DNA of 64,000 nucleotides from an uncultured Cytophagia bacterium (GTDB lineage: Bacteria; Zhuqueibacterota; Zhuqueibacteria; Thermofontimicrobiales; Thermofontimicrobiaceae). The translations under genes were made by a program, and so were the position numbers. The notes below the pieces were generated by a model. It saw only the letters and a program-made list of their open reading frames with translations, had not been told where the DNA came from and did not search any database. The stretch is from the NCBI GenBank assembly GCA_964472785.1, contig CAYYMH010000004.1:66995-130994 (forward strand). The letters run 5' to 3'. Below are positions 27,845-37,989 of the stretch, in pieces; position 1 is the first letter of the stretch; the number at the start of each line of letters is the position of its first letter.

Positions 27845-28489
27845 CTATTTTTCAGAATGAGAAATTTTCATGACAGATAAATTATTGCTCACCCAAATAA
27901 ACAGCGCGAGCATAAAGAAACCGCCGGGTGCCATAATCATAAACGCCCACTGAACCCAGCCTTCCGAATATCCGATCGCATGCATCAATGGATCCATAAC
28001 TTGAAATCCCAGTATAGTACCGAAGCCTAACAATTCTCTGAAGAATGCAATCACTAACAGCACATACGAGTAGCCGACACCGGACATAACGCCATCCAAA
28101 AAAGCCATTGAAGGCTTGTTTGACGAGGCGAACGCCTCCAGTCTGCCCATGATGATGCAGTTGGTAATGATAAGGCCGACATACGGCCCCAACGCTTTAC
28201 TGATATTGGGAACGTAAGCCTTCAGCACCACATCCACGATCACGACAAAGCTGGAGATGATCAGGGTCTGCACCATCATGCGTATTCGGGACGGAATAAT
28301 ATTTCTAAGCAGAGACACAGTGAGCGAAGAAAAAGCAGTCACAAAAATCAGTCCCAGTCCCATGATTAGTGTGTTCAGAAAAATATTGGTCACCGCCAGA
28401 GTCGAGCAAATTCCCAAAATTTGCACCGTGACGGGGTTATTACTCCACAAATCTTCTTTAATTATTTCCAGTGAGTTTTTCGCTGGCAT
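27845..28489 (-). CDS. nqrD: Na+-NQR subunit D-like
   Basis: NNPVTVQILGICSTLAVT and VGLIITNCIIMGRLEAFA motifs. Confidence 0.88.
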   Translation of the reverse strand: MPAKNSLEIIKEDLWSNNPVTVQILGICSTLAVTNIFLNTLIMGLGLIFVTAFSSLTVSLLRNIIPSRIRMMVQTLIISSFVVIVDVVLKAYVPNISKALGPYVGLIITNCIIMGRLEAFASSNKPSMAFLDGVMSGVGYSYVLLVIAFFRELLGFGTILGFQVMDPLMHAIGYSEGWVQWAFMIMAPGGFFMLALFIWVSNNLSVMKISHSEK

Positions 28490-28643
28490 AGTTTTCCTCG
28501 AACATTTATTGATGAATTATAGAAATCTTTTTTCACAGTTAAATTTCAATTTATTGCCAAAAAGCTATGAGATACAAAGTTTTCATTTCACATCACTGAC
28601 TTCCTTTGTTTGAGCCTCCGTGCCTTAATGGCATAAACACAAA

Positions 28644-29411
28644 TTATGACAATTTTGCTCGGATTAAATCTTTGTTTTTTTCGATCAACTTCAAATAAAA
28701 TTTCAAATCTGTTTCCAGCATCTTGAGTACACCATTGCAGGTCTGCGTTGCACCGGTGATCGCTTGAAAGCTATTGGTTGATTTTTCAAAATTCGTCTGC
28801 TTTTTTTCACCTACCATGACAAAAGCCGGCTCCGCACTCTGTTCATCCTTTAATTTAGTCAGATCAAGATTTCGGAAATAATATTTAAATTCCTTCTCAA
28901 GAATTCGCGCGCCTAATCCCGGTGTTTCAACCTGTTCGGTAAAATCAATACCCACCATTTTCCTCAAATCTGCTGAAATCGCACCTACCCCAGTAATGGT
29001 ACCCCAGAGACCTTTTCCCTTCATTCGAAACCCGTAAGCAGTGATGTCATCATTCTCATCCAAACGAACGTAAATCAGCACGGAATCACCCCATGAAAGA
29101 AAGCTATTTTTGAGCAGACTTCTCAAGTCTTCAGGAAATGATAATTTTACAGTCTCCAACTTTTCATTATATTTTTTCAGCACCTGATCTTCTTGCCACG
29201 GTATGTCACTGGTCGTGGCGGTCTTCGACAAGTCTTGCTCTTGAACGCCATCCGGAAAAATATTGAATGAATAGAGAATCGATTTATACTGCAAAATTTT
29301 TTGATTTTGAACAATTTGATCTCTGGTTTTTTCATTCACATAAGCCAAAGCAGATATGAACACTGCAGTGATAATCACCATAAAAATAACAGTAAAGATC
29401 GCTTTTCTCAT
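28644..29411 (-). CDS. nqrC: NqrC/RnfG-like FMN-binding subunit
   Basis: N-terminal TM; GKGLWGTI, ETPGLGARI and ITGAT (covalent FMN motif). Confidence 0.85.
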   Translation of the reverse strand: MRKAIFTVIFMVIITAVFISALAYVNEKTRDQIVQNQKILQYKSILYSFNIFPDGVQEQDLSKTATTSDIPWQEDQVLKKYNEKLETVKLSFPEDLRSLLKNSFLSWGDSVLIYVRLDENDDITAYGFRMKGKGLWGTITGVGAISADLRKMVGIDFTEQVETPGLGARILEKEFKYYFRNLDLTKLKDEQSAEPAFVMVGEKKQTNFEKSTNSFQAITGATQTCNGVLKMLETDLKFYLKLIEKNKDLIRAKLS

Positions 29412-29412
29412 A

Positions 29413-30429
29413 TTATCCCTTTTTCGTTGACTTATTCTTTTTATAACTATTTACACTATAATCAATAATAGGTCCGAACATATTTCCCAACAGCACAGCA
29501 AACGTCAAACCTCCGGCAAAAAGTGAAAATGATTTAATAATAACGGTTAACAATCCAATCAGGGCAGCATAAATCCACTTTCCAATATCGGTTCGTGCCG
29601 ATGAAACCGGGTCAGTGACCATATAAAAGCCGCCGAGAACTGCGCCACCGGAAAGGAGTCCAAATAACGGACTCGACACTTGATCCGGAAAAATGAGGTG
29701 AAAAATAAAATGAGATAAAACAAACGAAACAAAGAAACTAACCACGAGTTTCCAGTTAGCATTTTTTTTGAAAACGATGTAGAGTCCGCCGATCAGCAAT
29801 AGCAATGCTGATGTTTCGCCTAAAGAACCGCCCCCGATTTGAGTGATTTCACCAAACTTCTCAAACTGTCCATTGATATTTCCCAGGAAAAGTTGCCAAT
29901 AATTGGGCAAAGTTGTTGCGCCGGATTTGAATGCGCTGGCTGGTGTTGCCGATGTTATCGAAGAAAGATAGTCTCCGGCTGCCGAAAATCTCCAGCTTGC
30001 GAACCCAGCCGGAAAGTCTGAAAAATTAGCAGCAGGAACCCAGATATTTGTCATGTGCACCGGAAACGTAATATAGACAAAGGCGCGACCGACTAATGCC
30101 GGATTGAACGGATTATTACCAAATCCACCGAACGCCATTTTTCCGAACATAATGCCGAACAATGCGCCAAGAACAACCATATAAAAAGGAAGTGTCGGCG
30201 GCACGATTAACCCGTACAACATCCCGGTGACCAGAGCCGCTTCTGTTATTTTGCCATTTTTTCCGCGCACAAAAAACCATTCGGTTACCACGCACGTGAT
30301 TATTGACAGTGCAACAATCGCCAGGCTCCGCCAACCGAAAAAATAGATTCCACCGACCAATGCCGGAAAAAGTGCCATAACCACATTGCGCATGACTTTC
30401 TGTTTTTGAAAATCCAATTTTAATATCAT
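29413..30429 (-). CDS. nqrB: NqrB/RnfD-like membrane subunit (short, RnfD-length)
   Basis: FGGFGNNPFNPALVGRAF, ITSATP (FMN site), GGSLGETS and TDPVSS motifs; 338 aa. Confidence 0.85.
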   Translation of the reverse strand: MILKLDFQKQKVMRNVVMALFPALVGGIYFFGWRSLAIVALSIITCVVTEWFFVRGKNGKITEAALVTGMLYGLIVPPTLPFYMVVLGALFGIMFGKMAFGGFGNNPFNPALVGRAFVYITFPVHMTNIWVPAANFSDFPAGFASWRFSAAGDYLSSITSATPASAFKSGATTLPNYWQLFLGNINGQFEKFGEITQIGGGSLGETSALLLLIGGLYIVFKKNANWKLVVSFFVSFVLSHFIFHLIFPDQVSSPLFGLLSGGAVLGGFYMVTDPVSSARTDIGKWIYAALIGLLTVIIKSFSLFAGGLTFAVLLGNMFGPIIDYSVNSYKKNKSTKKG

Positions 30430-30479
30430 TTTATTCCTTCATTATAAAAGAATTTACATATTACCAGATCGTTATCGCA

Positions 30480-30827
30480 TTAAAATGTAATGACTTCATA
30501 TCCCTTTTCAATGTATCGCCGAATACTCGGATGACCGGACATCTCATCACACAGCGTCAAATCCTGCTCAAGCGCAGCATCAAGAGCGCCTGTTTTGGCA
30601 GCGCATGCTTTGCACACGCAGTCGATCAATTCGATCTTTTTGATTTTTTGGTATAAATTTGCAAAGGGTTTTGCAGGATCAGCTAATTCTTTTATTTGCT
30701 TTGTTGCAGTGCCTTCGATGATTATTTTGACGTCGTAATTATTTTCATGCAAATCAATCGCATTCAAAAGGACATGCGCAAAGCACATGGGTTCACCGTT
30801 GAATGCAAAAAGCGCATATCGTTTCAT
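30480..30827 (-). CDS. DsrE family protein
   Basis: FAFNGEPMCFAHVLLNA, CVCKACA and MSGHPS motifs; likely start ATG 30827 after GAGG. Confidence 0.8.
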   Translation of the reverse strand: MKRYALFAFNGEPMCFAHVLLNAIDLHENNYDVKIIIEGTATKQIKELADPAKPFANLYQKIKKIELIDCVCKACAAKTGALDAALEQDLTLCDEMSGHPSIRRYIEKGYEVITF

Positions 30828-30903
30828 TATTACACCTCTCCTAAATATGATACCTAAAATTCTAAAATGAAAAATTTCACTTCGCTTCAATTTGTTATTT
30901 ACT

Positions 30904-30962
30904 ATGGAGTGAATCGCCTTTATGCGATTCATTTTGCAATGCATAAAGGCATTGCACTCCAT
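30904..30962. repeat. REP doublet with ATGGAGTG ends
   Basis: ATGGAGTG-AATCGC CTTTAT GCGATT-C...TGCAATGC ATAAAG GCATTG-CACTCCAT; two inverted hairpins. Confidence 0.7.
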
Positions 30963-31102
30963 TCATTTAAAAAATCAACAATTTAACATTTGAAGTAATA
31001 AACTCAATTTAGAAATTTAGGTGATACGCTAAGTACGCTAACAGCTAAAAGTTGAGTGCAATCCGATATTCGGAATGCACTCTTTATCAAATCAAACATG
31101 AA

Positions 31103-31678
31103 TTACCAGTTCTCACCTAATAATTCAAAATAAGCCTGCGGATGCGCGCACGCCGGGCAGGTTTGCGGGGCTTCTGTGCCTTCGTGCAGGTAACCACAGT
31201 TCAAACAACGCCACACAACTTTTTCTTCTCTTTTGAAGACTTTCTTGGCTTCAATGTTATTCAGTAAATCACGATATCTTTTTTCATGCTGCTTTTCCGC
31301 AACCGACACCGCTTCAAATATTTTTGCTACTTCTTCGAATCCTTCTTCACGCGCAACATTAGCAAACTCTGGATACATTGTCGTCCACTCATAATTCTCG
31401 CCGCCGGCTGCTGCCATCAAATTTTCAGCAGTTGTGCCAATCACACCAGCCGGGAAAGATGCCTGAATTTCAGTTTCGCCACCTTCCAGATGCTTAAAAA
31501 AGCGTTTGGCATGTTCGCGTTCCTGATTTGCTGTTTCTTCAAAAATTTGCGCAATCTGAACATAGCCCTCTTTTTTCGCTTTGCTGGCGAAATAAGTGTA
31601 ACGGTTTCGCGCCTGGGATTCACCCGCAAATGCGGCTAATAAATTTTTCTCTGTTTGAGTGCCTCTTACACTTTTCAT
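31103..31678 (-). CDS. rbr: Rubrerythrin
   Basis: [22 protein letters not shown] and C-terminal CLNCG...CPAC rubredoxin-like domain. Confidence 0.96.
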   Translation of the reverse strand: MKSVRGTQTEKNLLAAFAGESQARNRYTYFASKAKKEGYVQIAQIFEETANQEREHAKRFFKHLEGGETEIQASFPAGVIGTTAENLMAAAGGENYEWTTMYPEFANVAREEGFEEVAKIFEAVSVAEKQHEKRYRDLLNNIEAKKVFKREEKVVWRCLNCGYLHEGTEAPQTCPACAHPQAYFELLGENW

Positions 31679-31760
31679 TCACGAACCTCCTGATTAATCG
31701 TTCATAGTTTAACATGTTATTTTTATTTTGTTTTTTTATAATTTAACGATTTTTATTGAA

Positions 31761-32759
31761 TTAATCAAGCTGTACTTTATCTTTGAAAACATTATGGACA
31801 TAATACGTATAAAGCAAAACCAACGGCATACCGATGATGGCAATGATCAGCATAATTTTCAACGTTAATTCCGAAGACGATGCGTTGTAAATGGTGAGGC
31901 TTAATACCTCATTGGTGGCTCTCACCAAATTCGGAAAATGGATCGAACCAACAATACCAAACAATCCGATAAACGAAAGCGAAGTCATCTGAAATGCACG
32001 TTTATCAGCTTCTTTCTTTAATGCGGATTTTAGCAACCACCAGCCAGCAAGTACGACAATTGTCGAAATCCATGCGAATAGACTTTTTCCTGCACCCGGC
32101 ACATAGATAAATGCTAAAACCGATGAAAGCAGGAAAAGAACGATAAAAGAATTCCATAATTTTCTGCTGACCTTCCTGGCTTCGGTTTGAATCTCTCCGG
32201 AATTTTTTAACGCCGCATACGTGCTGCCCTGCAATAGTATCGCATTCAAACCAAGCAGACCCACAGCCAGCGGAAACGGTCTTAGCAGGGTGAAGAAATT
32301 TCCGGTAAATTCCATACGACCATCCAAAGGAACCCCGACAATCACATTGCCGAGCGCGACGCCGTAGAGCAGAGATGGCAAAAAACTACCGACAAGAAAC
32401 GTCCACTCCCACACGTTCTGTCGTTCCGAATCATAGGCATAAAACTCAATTGAAGCCGCCCGTAAAATCAGCGCAAAAAGAACCAGCATCAGCGCCAAAT
32501 AAAAACCGCTGAAAACTGTAGCATAGGCATGCGGAAATGATGCGAACAGCGCACCACCGCCAGCCAATAACCAGACTTCGTTTCCGTCCCAAAACGGTCC
32601 GATGGTGTTGAGCAACGCGCGTTTCTGCTTTTCATTTTTCGCTAAAACACGAAATAGCGACCCGATTCCCAAATCAAATCCGTCGAGCAAGGCGTATCCC
32701 ATTAAGAGGACGCCGATGAGAATGTACCAAATCGTTCTGAAAAGATCATGCAATTCCAT
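31761..32759 (-). CDS. cydB: Cytochrome bd ubiquinol/menaquinol oxidase subunit II
   Basis: DGFDLGIG and PFWDGNEVWL motifs. Confidence 0.95.
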   Translation of the reverse strand: MELHDLFRTIWYILIGVLLMGYALLDGFDLGIGSLFRVLAKNEKQKRALLNTIGPFWDGNEVWLLAGGGALFASFPHAYATVFSGFYLALMLVLFALILRAASIEFYAYDSERQNVWEWTFLVGSFLPSLLYGVALGNVIVGVPLDGRMEFTGNFFTLLRPFPLAVGLLGLNAILLQGSTYAALKNSGEIQTEARKVSRKLWNSFIVLFLLSSVLAFIYVPGAGKSLFAWISTIVVLAGWWLLKSALKKEADKRAFQMTSLSFIGLFGIVGSIHFPNLVRATNEVLSLTIYNASSSELTLKIMLIIAIIGMPLVLLYTYYVHNVFKDKVQLD

Positions 32760-32774
32760 TTCCGTCCTCCTCTT

Positions 32775-34100
32775 TTAATATTGATAAGTTGAAATTTTAG
32801 CCGGGCCTTTTTTGACTATTTTTAACATGAGTTTGATAAAAGCATAAAAAAGTATTGAATAAATCAAAATGAACATAATGAGCGTAAATAAGATCTGACC
32901 GGCAGGCACAACTTTTGAAGCCGCATCCGACGTCTTCAATATGCCATAAACTGCCCAGGGCTGTCTTCCGATTTCCGCAGCTAACCATCCAGTTTCGTTT
33001 GCAATATGAGGCAAAGGAATCGAAAATAAAAGCACGAACAAATACCATTTGGTGTTAATCAGTTTTTTTCGGACTAAAAGATAGATACCGATAAATGAAA
33101 TGAGGATAAAATAGACACCTAAGCCGATCATTATGTGGTAAACACCAAAAGTGACCAGAACCGGCGGGCGCTCATCAACAGGGAATTCCTTTAAGCCGAG
33201 AATCTCTGCATTCGTGTCTCCGAACACGAACAGGCTCAATAATTTTGGAAAACCAACCTCCAGATGCGTGACTTCATTTTCCTCATCCGGAATTCCAAAC
33301 ACGCTCAAATTGGCGCCGCGTTGCGTTTCCCACAATCCTTCATACGCTGCTAATTTAGCGGGTTGGGTTTCTGCCACCTGAACAGCATGCGCATGCCCGG
33401 TAAAAAGCTGAAAAATGCTGGTGACAATGAAAATTACCAGCGAGATTGTGATCAATCTTTTCGCCTGTTCGGTAAATTGTTTTTTGATCAAATACCAGGC
33501 ACTAATGCCGGCAGCCATCAATGAACCGGTTATCCAACTGGCAACGATCACATGAATGAATCGCTCAATAGTGGAATGATTAATCGCAGCCTCCCAAAAA
33601 TTTGTGAGTACTGCACGACCACCGACCATTTCAAAACCGGCTGGTGTTTGCATGAATGAATTGGCGATTATAATCCATAATCCGGACAGATGAGCGCCAA
33701 AAAAAACCATAAATGCGGAGAAGAAATACATTTTTGGGGACACTTTATTCCTGCCGAAAACCATCACCCCCAGAAAGATCGACTCCATAAAAAAAGCTAA
33801 AATACCTTCGGCTGCCAACGGCGCTCCGAAAACATCGCCGACCACCCGCGAATATTCTGACCAGTTCGTACCAAAGGCAAATTCCAGTGTAATACCGGTA
33901 GCCGTTCCCAGTACAAAAATCAGCGCCACCATTTTAACTAAAAAATCGGATATTGTTTTGTAGATTTCATCATTGCGTTTGAGATACAATCCTTCAACAA
34001 TGAGCAGAATGAGCGTAAGTCCAAGAGTCAGCGGTGGAAAAATAAAATGAAAACCGGCAGCAACCCCAAACTGAATTCGGGACAGCATAACAACATCCAT
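32775..34100 (-). CDS. cydA: Cytochrome bd oxidase subunit I
   Basis: HFIFPPLT, EFAFGTNW, QPAKLAAYEG and GWLAAEIGRQPW motifs. Confidence 0.96.
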   Translation of the reverse strand: MDVVMLSRIQFGVAAGFHFIFPPLTLGLTLILLIVEGLYLKRNDEIYKTISDFLVKMVALIFVLGTATGITLEFAFGTNWSEYSRVVGDVFGAPLAAEGILAFFMESIFLGVMVFGRNKVSPKMYFFSAFMVFFGAHLSGLWIIIANSFMQTPAGFEMVGGRAVLTNFWEAAINHSTIERFIHVIVASWITGSLMAAGISAWYLIKKQFTEQAKRLITISLVIFIVTSIFQLFTGHAHAVQVAETQPAKLAAYEGLWETQRGANLSVFGIPDEENEVTHLEVGFPKLLSLFVFGDTNAEILGLKEFPVDERPPVLVTFGVYHIMIGLGVYFILISFIGIYLLVRKKLINTKWYLFVLLFSIPLPHIANETGWLAAEIGRQPWAVYGILKTSDAASKVVPAGQILFTLIMFILIYSILFYAFIKLMLKIVKKGPAKISTYQY

Positions 34101-34130
34101 GGATCACTCCAATTTAGTTAATCAATTCAT

Positions 34131-34550
34131 TTATTTAGTTTGCATTTCTTTGTCAAGGCAATCTTTGCAAATACCTTTAAAATATCCGTGTACTTCCTCA
34201 ATCTTGTGTTCGCCTGAAATAATCGTATTCAGATGAGGACACTCAATATCGATGTCAATAATTTTCGAACATCGTTTGCATAAAAAATGGTGATGATTTT
34301 GAGTTACAATATCATAACGATGTTCCGAGCCTGTGATTGTCAATGTATTAACCAAGCCTTTTTTATCAAACACGTCTAATGTATTGTAGATCGTTGTTTT
34401 TGATAAAGTGGGCACCTTATCATACAGCGCCGCATAAATCATGTCCGCTGTTGGATGCTCGTGTTTTTGTAGCAGATATTCCAAAATTTTTATCCGCTGG
34501 AACGTTGGCTTTATTCCCCGATGAAGTAACATATTCTTCAAATTTTGCAT
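34131..34550 (-). CDS. fur: Fur/PerR family transcriptional repressor
   Basis: HPTADMIY, TIYNTL, HHHFLCKRC and CKDC motifs; PerR-like given its neighbours (inference). Confidence 0.88.
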   Translation of the reverse strand: MQNLKNMLLHRGIKPTFQRIKILEYLLQKHEHPTADMIYAALYDKVPTLSKTTIYNTLDVFDKKGLVNTLTITGSEHRYDIVTQNHHHFLCKRCSKIIDIDIECPHLNTIISGEHKIEEVHGYFKGICKDCLDKEMQTK

Positions 34551-34611
34551 GTTAACCCACTTTCACGGTGTTTTATCTATAATTTATGAAAATTGATCGG
34601 GCTTTTCCGAT

Positions 34612-36738
34612 TCATTTTGTTTTCAAGTTGAATTTGTCATTGTAATAAGTCAGAAAATCAGCGACTTGAGTTATAGGCGCCTGACAACTCTGGTTTTCAC
34701 AAATATACATTTTGCTCTGCTCATCTTTTGGATATTTACCCTCAAATAATTTGAACCTATCCAACCGAGCCTTATCCTTGTCAGTAAAATGAACATCGAG
34801 CAAGCCGACCACCTTATTCGGAAAATAGAGTTTTGATATCAGAGAAATCATCTCATCCGTCTTTTTCGTTCCCCGCTTTCCCGAAATGACGATTTCATTG
34901 GTATCAGACCAGAAGCTCTCCAAAACTGTCAACAGATAAGTAAACGACAATGGATACTTTTCGAGTTGTGCGGTCACTGTTTTTATTGTTCGCTCTGTCT
35001 TCTTTTTTAAAGAAAAATCACCTGTGAATTGGCTTAACCGAATGAGATTTGCTGCTGCGACCGAATGTCCCGACGGGATGACATTGTCATGAATTTTCCG
35101 GGTTCGTACCAATATTTCGTCCTGATCCGATGCTGTGAAGAAAAACCCGCCATCGGATTCGTCCCAAAATTTTTCCATCATGAGCTGATTGATTTTTACC
35201 GCTTCGATCAGATAATATGGATCAAACGATGATTCATAAAAATCAATCAATGCAGCGACGAAAAATGCATAGTCCGTGAGATAACCCGGAATCGTTTTCT
35301 GCTTTTTATCGCCAAGTCGAAAAACCGTATTATTACCGAAGGCATTTTTCAGTAAATTATCGATCGCACTTTGAGCAATCTTTAAATATTTATCTTCCCG
35401 AACAACCTGATAAGCCTTACAAAATGCGGAAATCATCAAGCTGTTCCACGCCGTGATGATTTTTGTGTCTGTCATTGGTGGTGTACGTTTTGTTCGCTCT
35501 GCTAATAATTTACCGCGATGTTGCTTCAATTTGGAATTCAATTCGTCCGATGAAAGCTCAAATTGTGTTGCTAACTCTTCAATATCACGTACGATGTGCA
35601 AAATATTTTTACCGTCCCAATTTCCCGGAGTCGTAACATCGTAAACCGCACAGACGATTTTAGCCTCTTCCTCACCCAAAATCTGCTCAATTTCTTTTCG
35701 ATCCCAGACATAATATTTCCCTTCTTCGCCTTCACTATCAGCATCCTGTGCCGAATAAAACCCACCGTTTTCAGCAGTCATTTCTCGCATGACATAATCG
35801 AGTGTATGCCGCGCAATCTGCTCGTAAAATGGATTCTGCGTTATCTGAAAAGCCTCGAGATATGCATTGGCTAATAATGCGTTGTCGTACAACATTTTTT
35901 CAAAATGCGGTACCAGCCATTTCTCGTCTGTCGAATAACGGTGAAAGCCGCCGCCCAACTGATCGTAAATGCCACCATTCGCCATGTGCTGTAGCGTGGT
36001 TTCGACCATTTTGAGCGTTGTCTCGTTTTTGGTGTTAAAATAATAACGCAGCAAAAACGACAAAGTCGTTGCCTGCGGAAATTTGGGTGCAGCACCAAAC
36101 CCGCCAAATTTTTCGTCAAAATTTCGTGTCAATTCTTGAAAAGCATTGTGCCATATTTTAGGTGTTGCCAGCGTAGCTGATGGACTCATCCGATTATATA
36201 TTTTGATATGCCGCGCAATTTCATCGGCGCTTTTAAAAATCTGCCCCCGCTGGTTTTGCCAGACTTGAATAATCTGGAGCAAAATATTCTTAAATCCAAC
36301 ACGGCCCCATCGATCCTCCGGAGGAAAATATGTTCCGCCAACAAACGGCTGCAGATCAGGCGTCAACCAAAGTGAAAGCGGCCAGCCGCCACTGCCGGTC
36401 ATCATTTGAACTGCGTTCATGTAAATTTCATCAATATCAGGCCGCTCTTCCCTGTCCACTTTGATATTAATAAAATTCTCATTCAGGATATCGGCTATTT
36501 TAGGTTCGGAAAAAGACTCCTGTTCCATGACATGACACCAGTGACAGGCAGAATATCCGATAGAAAGAAAAATCGGTTTATTTTGTTTTCGGGCAGATTG
36601 AAGCGCTTCTTTTCCCCAGGGATGCCAATCTACCGGATTATGGGCGTGTTGCAGCAAATAGGGACTTGTCTCATGGATTAAGTGGTTGGTATTCTGTCCG
36701 GTGTTTAATTTATTTTTATTTCTATCTTGATCAACCAT
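34612..36738 (-). CDS. YyaL/SSP411 family thioredoxin-domain (DUF255) protein
   Basis: [22 protein letters not shown] and [11 protein letters not shown] motifs. Confidence 0.92.
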   Translation of the reverse strand: MVDQDRNKNKLNTGQNTNHLIHETSPYLLQHAHNPVDWHPWGKEALQSARKQNKPIFLSIGYSACHWCHVMEQESFSEPKIADILNENFINIKVDREERPDIDEIYMNAVQMMTGSGGWPLSLWLTPDLQPFVGGTYFPPEDRWGRVGFKNILLQIIQVWQNQRGQIFKSADEIARHIKIYNRMSPSATLATPKIWHNAFQELTRNFDEKFGGFGAAPKFPQATTLSFLLRYYFNTKNETTLKMVETTLQHMANGGIYDQLGGGFHRYSTDEKWLVPHFEKMLYDNALLANAYLEAFQITQNPFYEQIARHTLDYVMREMTAENGGFYSAQDADSEGEEGKYYVWDRKEIEQILGEEEAKIVCAVYDVTTPGNWDGKNILHIVRDIEELATQFELSSDELNSKLKQHRGKLLAERTKRTPPMTDTKIITAWNSLMISAFCKAYQVVREDKYLKIAQSAIDNLLKNAFGNNTVFRLGDKKQKTIPGYLTDYAFFVAALIDFYESSFDPYYLIEAVKINQLMMEKFWDESDGGFFFTASDQDEILVRTRKIHDNVIPSGHSVAAANLIRLSQFTGDFSLKKKTERTIKTVTAQLEKYPLSFTYLLTVLESFWSDTNEIVISGKRGTKKTDEMISLISKLYFPNKVVGLLDVHFTDKDKARLDRFKLFEGKYPKDEQSKMYICENQSCQAPITQVADFLTYYNDKFNLKTK

Positions 36739-36746
36739 AATCTATT

Positions 36747-36980
36747 TTACTTCTTTTTCTTTTTCACATACGCCCGGTATTCGTCGCCATTTTGTTCAAT
36801 GCCTAAAAATTCATGTCCTGTAATTTTACACCAGTTGGGCATATCTTCCACAATTCCTTTATCGTCCGATACAATTTCCAGGACTTCATCTTCTTGTAAA
36901 TCACTGATTTTTTCCGCTGTCTTAATAATCGGCATCGGACAAAACAATCCCAAACAATCTATGCTATGATCAAATTTCAT
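36747..36980 (-). CDS. tusA: TusA/SirA family sulfur carrier
   Basis: DCLGLFCPMPII and DMPNWC motifs. Confidence 0.9.
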   Translation of the reverse strand: MKFDHSIDCLGLFCPMPIIKTAEKISDLQEDEVLEIVSDDKGIVEDMPNWCKITGHEFLGIEQNGDEYRAYVKKKKK

Positions 36981-36997
36981 ATTGTCATTTCCTCTGA

Positions 36998-37480
36998 CTA
37001 AATGAAAAGTGTAAAATCACTTTCTTTTGCATCGGCTAAAAAGGATGTCACACCGGCAACCCGAGACACCTCAGGAATCAGCGATTCTTCAGTTATTCCC
37101 AGCACATTCATGCTGGTTGAACAGGCCGTTAAATTGACGCCCATCTGATGTGCCATGGAAATCATTTCTTTCAACTCAGGCATTTTCGATTTTTTCATCA
37201 GTTGCTTCATCATTTTGGCGCCGGCTCCCATCATGTTCAGTTTTGAAATCGGACGTTTTGAAGGTCCAGGTTTAACCATGATGCCAAATAGGCGTCGCAT
37301 CCATCCTAATCCTCTGACACGTACCCCTTCCTGTTGCAATAGTTTTAAACCCCAAAAGGTAAAAAACATATTGACCTTCATTCCGGAGGCGGCAGCACCG
37401 TTAGCGATGATAAAGCTGGCGGTGATTTTATCCAAATCGCCGCTGAAGACAATAATTGATACTGCATTTTTTTCATTCAT
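36998..37480 (-). CDS. DsrE/DsrF/DrsH-like (DrsE_2) protein
   Basis: IIVFSGDLDK, MFFTFWGL and ACSTSM motifs. Confidence 0.88.
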   Translation of the reverse strand: MNEKNAVSIIVFSGDLDKITASFIIANGAAASGMKVNMFFTFWGLKLLQQEGVRVRGLGWMRRLFGIMVKPGPSKRPISKLNMMGAGAKMMKQLMKKSKMPELKEMISMAHQMGVNLTACSTSMNVLGITEESLIPEVSRVAGVTSFLADAKESDFTLFI

Positions 37481-37494
37481 AGTTATTTATTTTT

Positions 37495-37923
37495 TTAGTG
37501 ATTTTCATCTGAATCATGATCTGATGCTAATTTTAATTCGAATGGCGGTTTAATCCCCTGCCTCTCATAATAATCCGCCAAAGACCGGTGTAGTGCCTCT
37601 TCTGCCAGCACCGAACAATGACGTTTTACTTTGGGCAATCCACCGAGAGCAACAGTCACTGTTTTGTTGGTCACCTTCAACGCCTCTTCAATTTTCTTTC
37701 CTTTAATCATTTCCGTTGCCATACTGCTACTGGCAATCGCCGCACCGCAGCCAAACGTTTTAAATTTTGCATCCACGATCACGTCATTCTCTATTTTCAA
37801 ATACATTTTCATGATGTCGCCACACGCCGGATTTCCTACCGATCCGATTCCGTTTGCATCCTCCAGTTCACCGACGTTTCTCGGATTCATGAAATGATCC
37901 ATCACTTCTTTGCTGTAATCCAT
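37495..37923 (-). CDS. iscU: Fe-S cluster scaffold IscU/NifU-N
   Basis: GNPACGD, FGCGAAIASSS and LPKVKRHCS motifs. Confidence 0.95.
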   Translation of the reverse strand: MDYSKEVMDHFMNPRNVGELEDANGIGSVGNPACGDIMKMYLKIENDVIVDAKFKTFGCGAAIASSSMATEMIKGKKIEEALKVTNKTVTVALGGLPKVKRHCSVLAEEALHRSLADYYERQGIKPPFELKLASDHDSDENH

Positions 37924-37989
37924 TTTTTCCCTTTCTTTCTCGCTTTAAAATAAAATTAACGAATTAACTGTTATTATGTGAACTAAATT

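Noticed and set aside
26112-30429. Canonical Rnf complex
   Set aside because: No rnfB or rnfC; the D/E subunits have Nqr-type motifs and an NqrF-like reductase is present.
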